Of a DNA stretch of 58,295 nucleotides, positions 37,597-49,552 are shown in pieces. How positions within the stretch are numbered: the stretch's first letter is position 1; each line of letters begins with the position of its first letter. The DNA lies in contig NC_068986.1 in NCBI RefSeq assembly GCF_001194135.2, forward strand, positions 73,072,535 to 73,130,829, written 5' to 3'. The notes beneath the pieces are model-generated. The model saw nothing but the letters and a program-made list of their open reading frames with translations. It was not told the DNA's origin and made no database searches. The position numbers and the translations under genes were made by a program. This DNA comes from Octopus bimaculoides (Eukaryota).

Positions 37597-37625
<29 letters not shown>
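36520..37625 (+). mobile_element. 5'-truncated RTE-clade LINE (PHD finger, RT C-terminus, 3' UTR, (GAT)n tail; spans a gap)
   Basis: Open frame 36525-36826 (WPCSIC...CGRC...EKLEVVDSFRYLGDQ), ORF end DLWKCAVREKTRQAK*, then a 3' UTR ending ggacgttaaacaa(tga)n. Confidence 0.85.
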
Positions 37626-37628
<3 letters not shown>

Positions 37629-37682
37629 ATACACACACACTCATATGAGTGAATTTTGTAAACAGAAACTGTATGGAAGTGT

Positions 37683-37754
<72 letters not shown>

Positions 37755-38093
37755 CATACAGGGTGATTATGTATGTATATATGTATTAGTAGGTATGGGG
37801 AAATATTTCCTTGCTTGGGAATAGGTGAGGACTGGCAACAGGAAGGGTATCTAGCCACAAAAAAATCTGTCTCAACAAATTTCATCTGACCTACACTAGC
37901 ATGGAAAAGTGGATGTTAAATGATGATGATCACAATATATTTCATGTATTGAATATACTTTATATATTGGTCTGTCTAATTTACTTATCCATACCATTTA
38001 CTTCTAAATCCAGTCAAGTTTAAATCTCTTGAACACTACTAATTGTATTCTATACAGAGAATATTTGGCTCTCATCTATGAACTATATATATA

Positions 38094-38147
<54 letters not shown>

Positions 38148-39034
38148 NNNNNNNNNNNNNNNNNNNNNNNNNNNNNNNNNNNNNNNNNNNNNNNNNNNNN
38201 NNNNNNNNNNNNNNNNNNNNNNNNNNNNNNNNNNNNNNNNNNNNNNNNNNNNNNNNNNNNNNNNNNNNNNNNNNNNNNNNNNNNNNNNNNNNNNNNNNNN
38301 NNNNNNNNNNNNNNNNNNNNNNNNNNNNNNNNNNNNNNNNNNNNNNNNNNNNNNNNNNNNNNNNNNNNNNNNNNNNNNNNNNNNNNNNNNNNNNNNNNNN
38401 NNNNNNNNNNNNNNNNNNNNNNNNNNNNNNNNNNNNNNNNNNNNNNNNNNNNNNNNNNNNNNNNNNNNNNNNNNNNNNNNNNNNNNNNNNNNNNNNNNNN
38501 NNNNNNNNNNNNNNNNNNNNNNNNNNNNNNNNNNNNNNNNNNNNNNNNNNNNNNNNNNNNNNNNNNNNNNNNNNNNNNNNNNNNNNNNNNNNNNNNNNNN
38601 NNNNNNNNNNNNNNNNNNNNNNNNNNNNNNNNNNNNNNNNNNNNNNNNNNNNNNNNNNNNNNNNNNNNNNNNNNNNNNNNNNNNNNNNNNNNNNNNNNNN
38701 NNNNNNNNNNNNNNNNNNNNNNNNNNNNNNNNNNNNNNNNNNNNNNNNNNNNNNNNNNNNNNNNNNNNNNNNNNNNNNNNNNNNNNNNNNNNNNNNNNNN
38801 NNNNNNNNNNNNNNNNNNNNNNNNNNNNNNNNNNNNNNNNNNNNNNNNNNNNNNNNNNNNNNNNNNNNNNNNNNNNNNNNNNNNNNNNNNNNNNNNNNNN
38901 NNNNNNNNNNNNNNNNNNNNNNNNNNNNNNNNNNNNNNNNNNNNNNNNNNNNNNNNNNNNNNNNNNNNNNNNNNNNNNNNNNNNNNNNNNNNNNNNNNNN
39001 NNNNNNNNNNNNNNNNNNNNNNNNNNNNNNNNNN

Positions 39035-39350
39035 CAACGATCTTACTTGGCTTGCCGGGTCTTCTCACGCACAGCACATTTCCAAAGGTCTCGGTCAGTA
39101 GTCATCGCCTCGGTGAGGCCCAATGTACGAAGGTCTTGCCTCACCACCTCAGCCCAGGTCTTCCCGGGCCTACCTCTTCCACGGGTTCCCTCAACTGTTA
39201 GGGTGTGGCACTTTTTCACGCAGCCATTCTCACCACATGTCCATACCAGCGCAATCGTCTCTCTTGCACACCACAACTGATGCTTCTAATGTTCAGCTTT
39301 TCTCTCAAGATACTTACACTCTGACGGGTATTCACATTGACATTACACAA
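39035..39350 (-). mobile_element. RTE LINE ORF2 3' end (inverted relative to the 36520-37625 copy)
   Basis: VEGTRGRGRPGKTWAEVVRQDLRTLGLTEAMTTDRDLWK; 90 nt are identical to 37125-37214. Confidence 0.85.
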
Positions 39351-39458
39351 GTATCATAAAAGCATGAAACTATTAGTAGCTCTTTTGGTATTGATATTTA
39401 GCTCTCACTTGGATGAAGTACTTTTTTTGTTGAATCTACCTCTATATTGGATCTATAA

Positions 39459-39494
<36 letters not shown>

Positions 39495-39535
39495 ATACAC
39501 ACACACACACACACATATAAACTTTATTTTTACAG

Positions 39536-39657
39536 TGAGAGCTTCATATGATGTTTGTGATGGACCAGTGGATACATCTAATGATCTTATTTTGCTGTTA
39601 TCTGGAATAAAATCTGACTTGGCCAAATGTTTGGCTTTATCTGATGATCATTTGGAG
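39536..39657 (+). CDS. DFFA-like: DFFA/ICAD-like gene B, coding exon 3 (contains DVCD|G)
   Basis: Acceptor tttatttttacag|TG, donor GAG|gtgagt; 122 nt, phase 1/0; homologous to gene A exon 3. Confidence 0.87.
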
Positions 39658-40344
39658 GTGAGTTGTGAATTTGACCATATTGGATATCAGGAATATTCAC
39701 ATTCATGTTGATGTTACTGATTTATTGTTGTGAATATTTGCTGTGGTTTAGTGGTTAGGCTATTTGGCTCACTCATCTATTAACATGTACTCACTTCCAA
39801 AAGCTACAATTGGAGTTATTTCATCATTTGGAATACAAGCTTTCAAAAGTTGAGTGTACAAGACACCTTGTGACCTCCCCAATTTCAACAGCATAATGAA
39901 CCTATCAGTAGCCTCTTAGATCAATGGTTCTCAACCATTTTTACCTATGAACTCCTTTGATTCTTATTTTACTCAAGGGAAGAGGGACCCTGATAGCCAT
40001 TCAGCATCTAAAATCTCCTTTTACATTTTTATGATTAAACATTATTCGGAATTGTATAAAAGAATGCTTAAATATTTTGTAGAAGTATAACCAATTTATT
40101 GCTCATAAATTTTAACAGCAAAATCTTATATGAACCCCAGTTGAAAACGACTGTCCTAGATTCTTCTTTTAACCCAAACATGCCATAAAGCTACCATTGT
40201 TACTGAATATATGTAATGGAAATAAGAAAGGGAAACTGAGAAATATCTCAGAAATTAACATTTTTTTGAAATTATGTTTCTTACTCATCTACAATAACAG
40301 TTGTTAATGATCTTTGTTTTTTTTTCTCTTTTTTTTTCTGTCAG

Positions 40345-40551
40345 GAAATTACTAAAATGCCTGTTTCTGACCTAGCTACTATTTTAGTAGACAGTGAACA
40401 GTTTGCAAGAAATTTCAAGGAGGCATGTGAAATAGAGTTGATTACACGTGAGGACAATGATGACTTGTTACGGCTTATACGACTGGCTACTGAACATCAA
40501 AATGGAAGTGTGAAAAGACAAAAGATTGATAACACTGAATCTGATGATTAA
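40345..40551 (+). CDS. DFFA-like: DFFA/ICAD-like gene B, terminal coding exon 4 (ends ...VKRQKIDNTESDD*)
   Basis: Long polypyrimidine acceptor tttttttctgtcag|GAA, in frame with the tracked ORF 40357-40551. Total CDS 582 nt (193 aa). Confidence 0.87.
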   Translation, partial: EITKMPVSDLATILVDSEQFARNFKEACEIELITREDNDDLLRLIRLATEHQNGSVKRQKIDNTESDD

Positions 40552-40646
40552 ACAAAGATTAATTTCTACTTTTGAAAAGTTCATATACATTTTTGCCTAT
40601 TTTTCTAATTAAAGTGTGAAAAAAAGAAGTAAAGAAAAAAAAGACT

Positions 40647-40652
40647 AATAAA
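40647..40652 (+). terminator. Candidate poly(A) signal of gene B (AATAAA)
   Basis: AATAAA 96 nt after the stop codon, followed by a U-rich tract. Confidence 0.55.
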
Positions 40653-43109
40653 GCATTTATTATTTTTTTTTAAATTTCGTATTGATTCAAATTATTTTCT
40701 TGGCTTTGAGATTAAATAAAATCACTTATGTGTGAAGGTGCATGGCCCTAGAGGTTAGGGCATTGCTCCCCCAATCGCAAGGTCATGCTTTTGATTCCCA
40801 GACTTGCTATGTGCTGTGTACTTGAGCAAAACACTTTACTCTAGTTCACTCAGCTGTAAATGGGTAACTCTGTGACAGATTGGCCTTCTGTTCATGGGAA
40901 ATGTTGCCCTGCCTGCCTAGCCAGTAGAGTGGCATCATTCAAAAACTACAGCAATGTGAGGAAGCGCATTGTGACCAGTGGTGTATAAGAACATTCTAGT
41001 TGAAATAGTAATACAATGATTGTTTTATTATTCAGTATGAGTGATTCAGATTGCAAATAAATTCTAGACCATCATTATACCATCAGGCAAGGAAAATAAA
41101 CTTTAGATACTTCTATGCCATTTTAAAACCATTAGATGCAGGTGTGGCAGATAAACTCAGTTCTTTATCATTATTTAATCCAAACATCAGATTAACCGTA
41201 TCTAGTTTTTTTCATTTGCCAAATATACATCTTTTAAAAGACAGTAAAAAATTTGAAAATTGGATATAATAATAAAGTTTTCCTGTCTAATTGCTATGAA
41301 GGTATGCTGTTGTGGAGAAAAAAATTAGAGGGAAAAGTTACAGAGGTTTAAAAATCGAAAAATTGCATATTTTTAGCCAATAGCGAGACAGAAATTTTCT
41401 GCATTTAGCAAAGCAGTGTCAACTTTAAGGTTGTACCTTGCGAAATTTATAGTTTAGTGTCTGTGAGATGACCTCTTCATTGTAGGTTTCTAAATAAACA
41501 GAAATACCTAATCAAATCAACATATATCATCTTACTGTTTCTTTTGTCACTTCATTGATTGAATGTTTTTATTATTTTCTGAAAATTTGTTATATTAATA
41601 TATTTGTCTGCACGTGTTTACTTTATGTGTATTTCAGTATTATGTATACCTGTCGTGTATTTGTGTACATCATTATTATATAAGTGCATGTGTGTGTGAG
41701 AAGAGGGCGTCTATCTCCAAAACTTCAAAGTTGAGTAACGTTTCCATGTTTAGATTTGTAAACTATGATAAGGATAACACTGGTCAATAAAGAATTTGTC
41801 CCAAGAAAAAGAATACCTGTATCTTATATGTTTTTGCATGCAGAATTAAAAAATAATGTCAAATTATCTGTACTAAGTTTACATATTCCATTCACCTTCA
41901 TAATGCCAAGAAACTGTATAAACATTGCAAACAACTTTTGCTATATATGAAAAATAAGTAAAATATTAAGACAATTGACGAAAAATATCTATAATGAAAT
42001 TCTAATTGATAAATATAAACTTTTACTTAAATAAAACACACTGGTGAAGTAAATCTTGTGGTGTGAAGAATCAACACGTGGGTGAAATACAACATACAGT
42101 TGTCATGGTTACAAACTGTTTAATGCCTTGCTGTCTGTTGATTGGCTAAAATTATCCAAATTTCCTGACTTTAATTCCAAATAACATCAGATTCTTTTAT
42201 TTATGAGATAAAGCAATTGGTTGATTGTGGTCAAAATTCTGACTTGCATTGATATACCAAAACTGAAAGCAATCTGAGTAAAATTAAAGGGAGCTCATTT
42301 TGTGAATGAGAAAGACTAGATCCGATTAACCCTTTAGATTACTCTGTCAAATGTAATGCTTATTTATTCACATTGAGATGAATTAGATATGCATTACTTT
42401 GTAGCTTTGAGATTTCGATGATGTGATTATTTATTTTAAAAATAATAGGGTAAATGTGAGAGACCAGATCTGGCCAGTTTAAAGATAAAAACAAGTAAAT
42501 TCTTTTGGCCAGAAATGGCAGGTTTAAATGCTATATTTTCCTCTGTCAGTCATTCAGTTTCTCTACACTTGCTTTACTAATAACCAGTATCTGCAACACT
42601 CTCTCATTCTACAGTTAATACTCTTTGAAGATGAACAAATAAACATTTTTTACAGGGTTCAGCAATCTGCTAGAAATAACAGCTAAGCCTTCCTCACATT
42701 ACTTTTTTCTGCTTTAAAAAAGAAGACACATTGGACAATACAGTTCTTGATAGACAAAAGGACAGCCTGGTCATGGCTGTCACACCTTTGATCACAGGTT
42801 CGCCCAATGGTGACTTGAAGCTAAACTACAACATCAGCAACAACAAATTTAACAGATCTCAATTTTAGTTACAATGAAAATTCAATTGCCATTTGTGACA
42901 AGATCCAATAATAAAATATTTGTATTTTATTACATAGATGTAGGTATGGCTGTGTGGGAAGAAGTTTGCTTCCAACCACATGGTTCTGGGTACAGTCCCA
43001 TTGTGTGACCCCTTGGGCAATGTGTCTTCTATTATAGCTCCAGGTTGAGCAAAGCCTTGTGAGTGGATTTGGTAGATGGAAACTAAAAGAAGCTCATCAT
43101 ATATATATA

Positions 43110-43448
43110 TGTGTTTGTGGCAGATGTTCAGGTGCAATAAAGACTGTAAACAAACAGGAAACAACTTCTATCTCATTCCAGGGTGAAAAACTAGAGGTAG
43201 TCAATAGCTTCCACTATCTGGGTGACCAAGTTAGTAGTGGGGGTGGGTGCGCTGAAAGTGTAGCTGCTAGAATAAGAATAGCCTGGGCAAAGTTTAGAGA
43301 GCTCTTACCCCTGCTGGCGACAAAGGGACTCTCACTCAGAGTAAAAGGCAGACTGTATGACGCATGTGTACGAACAGCCATGCTACATGGCAGTGAAACA
43401 TGGGCTGTAACTGCTGAGGACATACGTAAGCTCGCAAGGAATGAGTAA
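43110..43448 (+). mobile_element. RTE LINE ORF2 fragment (RT thumb / C-terminal region)
   Basis: LEVVNSFHYLGDQ...ARIRIAWAKFRELLPLL...KGRLYDACVRTAMLHGSETW; near-identical to 36660-36826. Confidence 0.88.
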
Positions 43449-45364
43449 ATCTTTTATTGTTTACTTGTTTCAGTCACTGGTTTGTGGCCATGCTGGGACA
43501 TCACTTCAAAGGGTCTTAGTAGAATGGGTTGACCCCAGTACTTATTTTATCAATCTCTTACAATGAACCACTAAAATACAACATAAACAAACAAAAACGT
43601 GTGGTGAAGCAGTGGTAGGAGACAAACACAAACACACACATACATCATCATCATCGTTTAACATCCGCTTTCCATGCTAGCATGGGTTGGACGATTTGAC
43701 TGAGGACTGGTGAAACCGGATGGCAACACCACTACACTCTCTGAGTAAAAGCACCCACTACACTCTCTGAGTGGTTGGCGTTAGGAAGGGCATCCAGCTG
43801 TAGAAACTCTGCCAAATTAGATTGAAGAAGAAATATTTATTTTGTTATTGCCCACAGGGGGTTAAACATAGAGGGGACAAACAAGGACAGACAAGGGGAT
43901 TAAGTCAATTATATCGACCCCTAGTGCGTAACTGGTACTTATTTAATTGACTACGAAAGGATGAAAGGTAAAGTTGACCTTGGCGGATATGAAGAAGAAA
44001 TATTGTATGAAAAATGGCTATAAGAGACATTAAGGAAGTAACCTGACAATACAGTTTCACTACTCAAAGTTATTTTACTTCTTTTGACCTACATTGGACA
44101 CAATGTCTTTTAAAGATAATACTGGTTTCATATTTTAGCACAAGGCCAGCAATTTTAGAGGAAGGTTAAGTTGATTGCATTGACCCCATTTCTTAACTGG
44201 TACTCATTTTATTGACCCTGAAAGGATAAAAGACAAAGTTGATTTTGTTGCGATTTGAACTTGGAACATAAACAGCTAGATGAAATGCTGCTAAGTAGTT
44301 TTATCCAATGCTTTAATGATTCTGCCAACTCACTGCCTTAAATAATGGTTTCAGTTTTGATATAAGGTTAACAAATTTAAGGGCAATTACATTGACTTTA
44401 GTGATCAATTAGTACTTATTTTATCAACCTTGAAAGGATAAAAGGCAAAGTCAATCTCAGAAGAATTTAAACTGAAAACATGAAATCAGAAGAAATGCTA
44501 CTAAACATTTCGTCTGGTATGTTAACGATTCTGCTAGCTTGCTGCCTTTTTCAAAGCTAATAATACTGGAGTTGTTGTTCCTCACAGGAATACTGTAATT
44601 GTTGGGGTTTATACCTGCATCTGCCCCAACACTGCAATTGGTTTGAAGAAGATTTCTTTAAGATTCTCAGCTATAATCACTTCTTGAAGAAACCAAGGAG
44701 ACAAAAGTGTCAGTGAATTAAATCAAGCCCTGTACTAGGAAGTGCTGAAAAGTTCCTGGCTTTGGGTAAATGAAAATACAGGAGGATCAGTTAATTACAA
44801 TTATTCAACATATTAATCTTTCAGATTCACAAATTTATTGCAGTGGTCCTTCAGTTTTTCTAAGCCCTGTAAAATAACTCAGAAAGCTGGGCTTCCAACC
44901 AGGCCTTTCATGATACCCTTAAAGCTTGGAACTTTTCAGCACTCCCTCGTACTTGACAGCAACTTCATTTTATCAACTACTAGATGGATGAAACAAAAGA
45001 TTGATTCAGCAGAAATTGGACTTGGAATGTAAATCCCCAAAACAAATACTGCTAAGTATTTTGTCTGCTGCTACAATGATTCTGTCAATATTTTACATTA
45101 CTTAAGGCAACAAGTTGGCGGAATCGTTAGCACACCAGGCAAAATGCTTAGCAACATTTCGTGTCTTTATGTTCTGAGTTCAAATTTATCCGAGGTCGAC
45201 TTTGCCTTTCATTCTTTCGGGGTCAGTAAAATAAGTACCAGTTGAACATTGGGGTCAATGTAATTGACTTAATCCCTTCTTGAAATTGCTGGCCTTGTAC
45301 CAAAATTTGAAACAAAACTTTTTGGCATGTGTAAGCAAAAGCAAAGTATTGTAATCATTCATCT

Positions 45365-45480
45365 TTGCCTGTTTGCCTGTGTGTTTGCAAAATTACTGGA
45401 AAACAGCTGAACAGATTTTCACCAAATATGGCAGAAATATTCATTGACTGAGTGGCTCGAAATGACGAAAATTTTGTTTA
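45365..45480 (+). mobile_element. Possible DINE-1/Helentron-like non-autonomous fragment
   Basis: (gcct)gtgtgtttgcaaaattactggaaaacagctgaacagattttcaccaaatatggcag resembles the DINE core motif. Confidence 0.3.
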
Positions 45481-48400
45481 TCTTCAAACATCTGTAGATA
45501 CACGACTCTGTGTGTACAGTGATGAATTCGAGGGTGTCATTTATTTACGAGTTGATTTCTTAATTTCACTGGAGTATAAATACTTATAATGATGATATTT
45601 AAAAATAAAAAATTTTTAATCGAACTTAGAAATTTCCCGATAAGCAAGTTTAGTCAAACACTTACAAAGCTTAATTCAGTTCAATTAAAAAGCAACGCAT
45701 TGTAAGCCACACTATAGTTTTCGGAAAATTTTATCTGCTCGCAAGATACACACCGTTTCTCCAATGCTTTTTTTTCTTTTCATATTGCTTTTGTGAGTGA
45801 TATGAACATCATATAATTTTATTTCTTTTAACAATGTACAATATCAATATTTAGTAATGCATATCACAGCATAATAACGAAACTCCAGTAAGCTGCAGCT
45901 ATGCATCTGATACCTAACTAACCTCCGTGTTAAGTTTTCATTGATAAATCCTCATTTTGAAATTAATATGTAATATTTTTATTATTTTCTCTGTATTCAA
46001 AGGGGATAACTTCTGTCTGTTTTTCTGAAAGGCAAATTAATGAACTTTAAAATTGAGCCGTTAACGTTATAATGAGTATACAACTGTAAAGATACGTCGT
46101 TGACTTTCTCAAGGAATGTCTTAGTTTGTTTTTAGATTTGTCCCACTCATAGCAATATTTTAAATGCCAGTACTAAAGCAAAAAGAATAGTGTGGATAGA
46201 GTAGCCTCCCAAAGCAGGAATAATTTTAAAAAATCGTGTGAATAGAGTAGCCTCCCTTTATTAAATAATCTCCCTTAGCTGTAGGCTGTGTTGGAAACAT
46301 TACCTTTTCAGATTCAATAATTTAAACTCTATCACACTTATGTAGTTCAAATTTATTTTATTTACAGCTCTCAAATGTTTTATTTTTGTATTTTTCCCTT
46401 TTTTCAGAACTTTTAGCTAATTTTGTTCGAAATCGAAAGTAACTTTGGCAAAAAAAAAAAGGCATTAACATCATTTTCCCCTCCATATTTCAAAGAGGTC
46501 ATAAGGCCAACAGGTTTTGGAGTCTGAAGATACACCGTAAAGTTAAACCCTTTATGGACGGGAAACCCAGGGTAACCCCATGAATCCGCCTTCACCAGGA
46601 AAAAAAAATGTATGTATGTATGTAATCATCAACATCATTTAACATCCCTTTTTCCATAGTGAGATGGACTGGACAGACCACGTATTTCATAATCCTTTTC
46701 TGTGCGAACACTTTTCTCTCCCCTGCCCAGAACTACTTCATATGACATCCACTCTTCACACTGTCACTCACCATTCACATTTTACATTTATCACCCACCC
46801 TTCTGTGCTCCAAATTATCTCTCCCTTTCCTATGAACCGTTTGATTTGTTTCTATGACCAGACATCTTCCACTCTCCCCACACAATACAGCTGTCTCTCC
46901 TTTTATGTTCTTACAACATACCCATCCACATGTCATCTCCCTTTAATTCATTTCCTGTCTACTGTATTATTATTTCTATTCTGCTGCTTTTCATTCCTTT
47001 CTGTACAGCCAGTCATCATTTACTCTGTTCTACCTTCCCTTTATCTCATATGTATCATTGAGCATGCCTTCACCCTGATCCATCATTCAATTACATCTAC
47101 CTTACCAAAGCTTTACAGTCATTATCAACTCTTTCTTACTGTCCCATCAACTCATAGATTTTATCAACTGCCCCTCAATTCTTGTGTCATTCCTCATATT
47201 CACTTTCTTATGCTTGACCCATTTCTAACCATACCTCACTCACCCCGTACACTCTTGTAACCCTTACTCACCAACCCTTCCCATTCTCCTATTTCCACTC
47301 ACTTCTATTCACCTTCTACCTTGCATCCCATCACTACCATCTTTATCTCTCTTTCTAGCTTTATCCTGATAACTCTGCCCCACTCTTGTTTAATGCAAGT
47401 AGCTAGGTATTTCCTCTACAACAAAAAACCTGTTCCAGCTCAGTTGTCTGCTTAGCATGGTTTCCAGCCTTTCATAGAAGTACTTCCATACCTTTTTCTT
47501 TTCAGAATCATTAAGTACAAGTATTCCATTATCCATTTGAACACACTTTTATTCAACAACATCTTACCTTTTCTCTGATACACTGCCTTGCAGCCTGGAA
47601 CACCTTATGCTTCTGGTCCACAAGTCGAACATTGGCAAACCTACTTTCTGTTTCTCTTTCTAAATAAACTTGTCATCTACCTACCGTGCAAACTACTTGG
47701 TATAATTTTCTGCTGTCCCCATTTTGCTAATCTTTTTTTAAGCTTATCTCTTCACTTTTATGTCTCTTACCACATCACCCTTGCACTGGCTGGAACTTTG
47801 CAATCTTAAAGTAGTATTTCAAGAACTAAAGTGGAATACATAGTGGCTAATTATTAATGTTAACTAAATGATGATATATGCACATACAGCAAAATATATT
47901 TCAAAACTATACCAAGACATAGTACTTGCCAACAGATATGGATGAGAGTGATGGACTACAATAGCTAGCCATATCTAGCCCAAATATTCTACCAGTTTAA
48001 TGTTGAAACTGGTCAAATCTAGACTCTCACACTTGCCTTATAATGTCATTCTAAAAATAAACAATGACATCATTGAAATCTTGAAACTGAGAAAATGCAT
48101 GATTAATTCAAAACAATGTGAATGAATAAGCACTACATTTTACAGATTAATCTGAAAACTAAAGGGTTAAAAGTTAAAATAGGCAATTAGTGAAACTTAT
48201 CTTCATTGATGTTCATTCCCTGGTTGACCTTGGCACAATATGCGAGCCTTAATATCCCACCAGTGGAAAATTACAGAATAGAAAGCAGAGAATGCTGCTT
48301 GTACAATTATTCATGAAATTTTCTTAAAATTTAAATATTTTAATATTTGATATCTGAAAGTAACTCTTCAAAAACTAAAATGAAACATGTACTAGTTAGT

Positions 48401-48829
48401 GATTAATACTAATATAATGTAAAAGGTGGTTGGAAAAAGCTGGTAGAATCATTAGCACGCTGGGCAAAATGTTTAGCAGCATTTCATCTATCTATGTTCT
48501 GAGTTCAAGCACCACTGAGGTCAGAAATGATAAAATAAGTACCAGTAGATTACTAAGGTCAATGTAAATGACTTACTCCTTCCTCCAAAATTGCAGGCCT
48601 TGTGCTAAAATTTGAAATCAATATTGATGCAATGAAAAGTACACACAGAAGAGAACATCATACTCTCTTGTAAAATTATTAATGAAATGTAGAAATATTC
48701 ATGCTTCAAGTAATATTGGGTTGAGGAATAATTCATGAGCGTTTTTTACAAAATTTATTTTAAACAAAACAACTACAGAGTTACCCCCCCAAAAACAAAA
48801 CAAAACTCACAAATCTTTGAATAAAACTG

Positions 48830-49140
48830 TTTGAATAAAACAATGCAGAGGGATAGATCAAGATGAACAGTGGTTCCAGTATGATGGGGCTACCCACCAA
48901 GCATCAAATGACTCCCTAGCCTGGCTGTGAGACCAATTTCAGGAGAGACTGATCAGCAAGAAGTGTGATGTTGAGTGGGCACTGCATTCACCGGACTTGA
49001 ACCCCCTGCCCAGATTTTTATCTGTGGGGATATCTCAAGGATAATGTTTACCAGAACAACCCTCAAATGATTGGTGAACTGAAGGTGGTAATCACAGCAG
49101 AAATCAGGGAAATCTCCAAAGAGGAATGTGTTTGAGTAAC
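48830..49140 (+). mobile_element. Tc1/mariner-superfamily catalytic-domain fragment
   Basis: WFQYDGATHQ...WALHSPDLNP..FYLWGYLKDNVYQNNP motifs with stops and frameshifts. Confidence 0.75.
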
Positions 49141-49149
49141 CTGAATGAG

Positions 49150-49522
49150 GTTAGTCTCCAGCAACAAGTGACCATTCCTAAAGTGTGAAAATCACTTGTA
49201 AACTTGTAATTTGCTCATAGGAGCATCCTTGTAAGTTGTTTGAAGCATGATAACTGGTTTGGCTGCTGTTTTCCTCAGCTGGAAACAGAATTTCATGGAA
49301 GCAAGCTGTTCCTTCATTTCAGCCATTGCAAAAATTGATGAACAGGGGAGAAGCATTGCAAATTGGAGATGCGCTACATGGCAGTATGGCTTCACCTGAT
49401 GACACCGGTTGACAAACTGATGCCTGAGGGTTGCATCTAGTGGCTTCTAGTGGCAGAAATCTGAACTACAATGGGCTTGTCCCACAGAGAAGGTTTCTAG
49501 TTACTTTTGGTTTCCCCCTCGT
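49150..49522 (-). mobile_element. Mariner 5' end (TIR plus HTH fragment)
   Basis: TA|CGAGGGGGAAACCAAAAGTAAC terminus and MAEMKEQLASMKFCFQLRKTAA...SKLQVYK, a mariner paired-like HTH. Confidence 0.65.
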
Positions 49523-49552
49523 ATGTATGCTTGTGTGTATGCATGTATGTAT

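Noticed and set aside
1901-40551. Either CIDE-N gene being the nuclease CAD/DFFB
   Set aside because: Neither has the C-terminal His-Me finger nuclease domain; both are ~200 aa with ICAD-like caspase sites and helices.
44615-44681. Possible minus-strand exon (VIIAENLKKSSSNQLQCWGRC) with AG/GT ends
   Set aside because: No recognisable domain or partner exons; splice signals alone are insufficient.
46664-47260. 198-aa ORF on the + strand
   Set aside because: Pyrimidine-rich, low-complexity decayed repeat with no protein motif; similar CT-rich tracts occur at 4130-4900 and 28740-29080.
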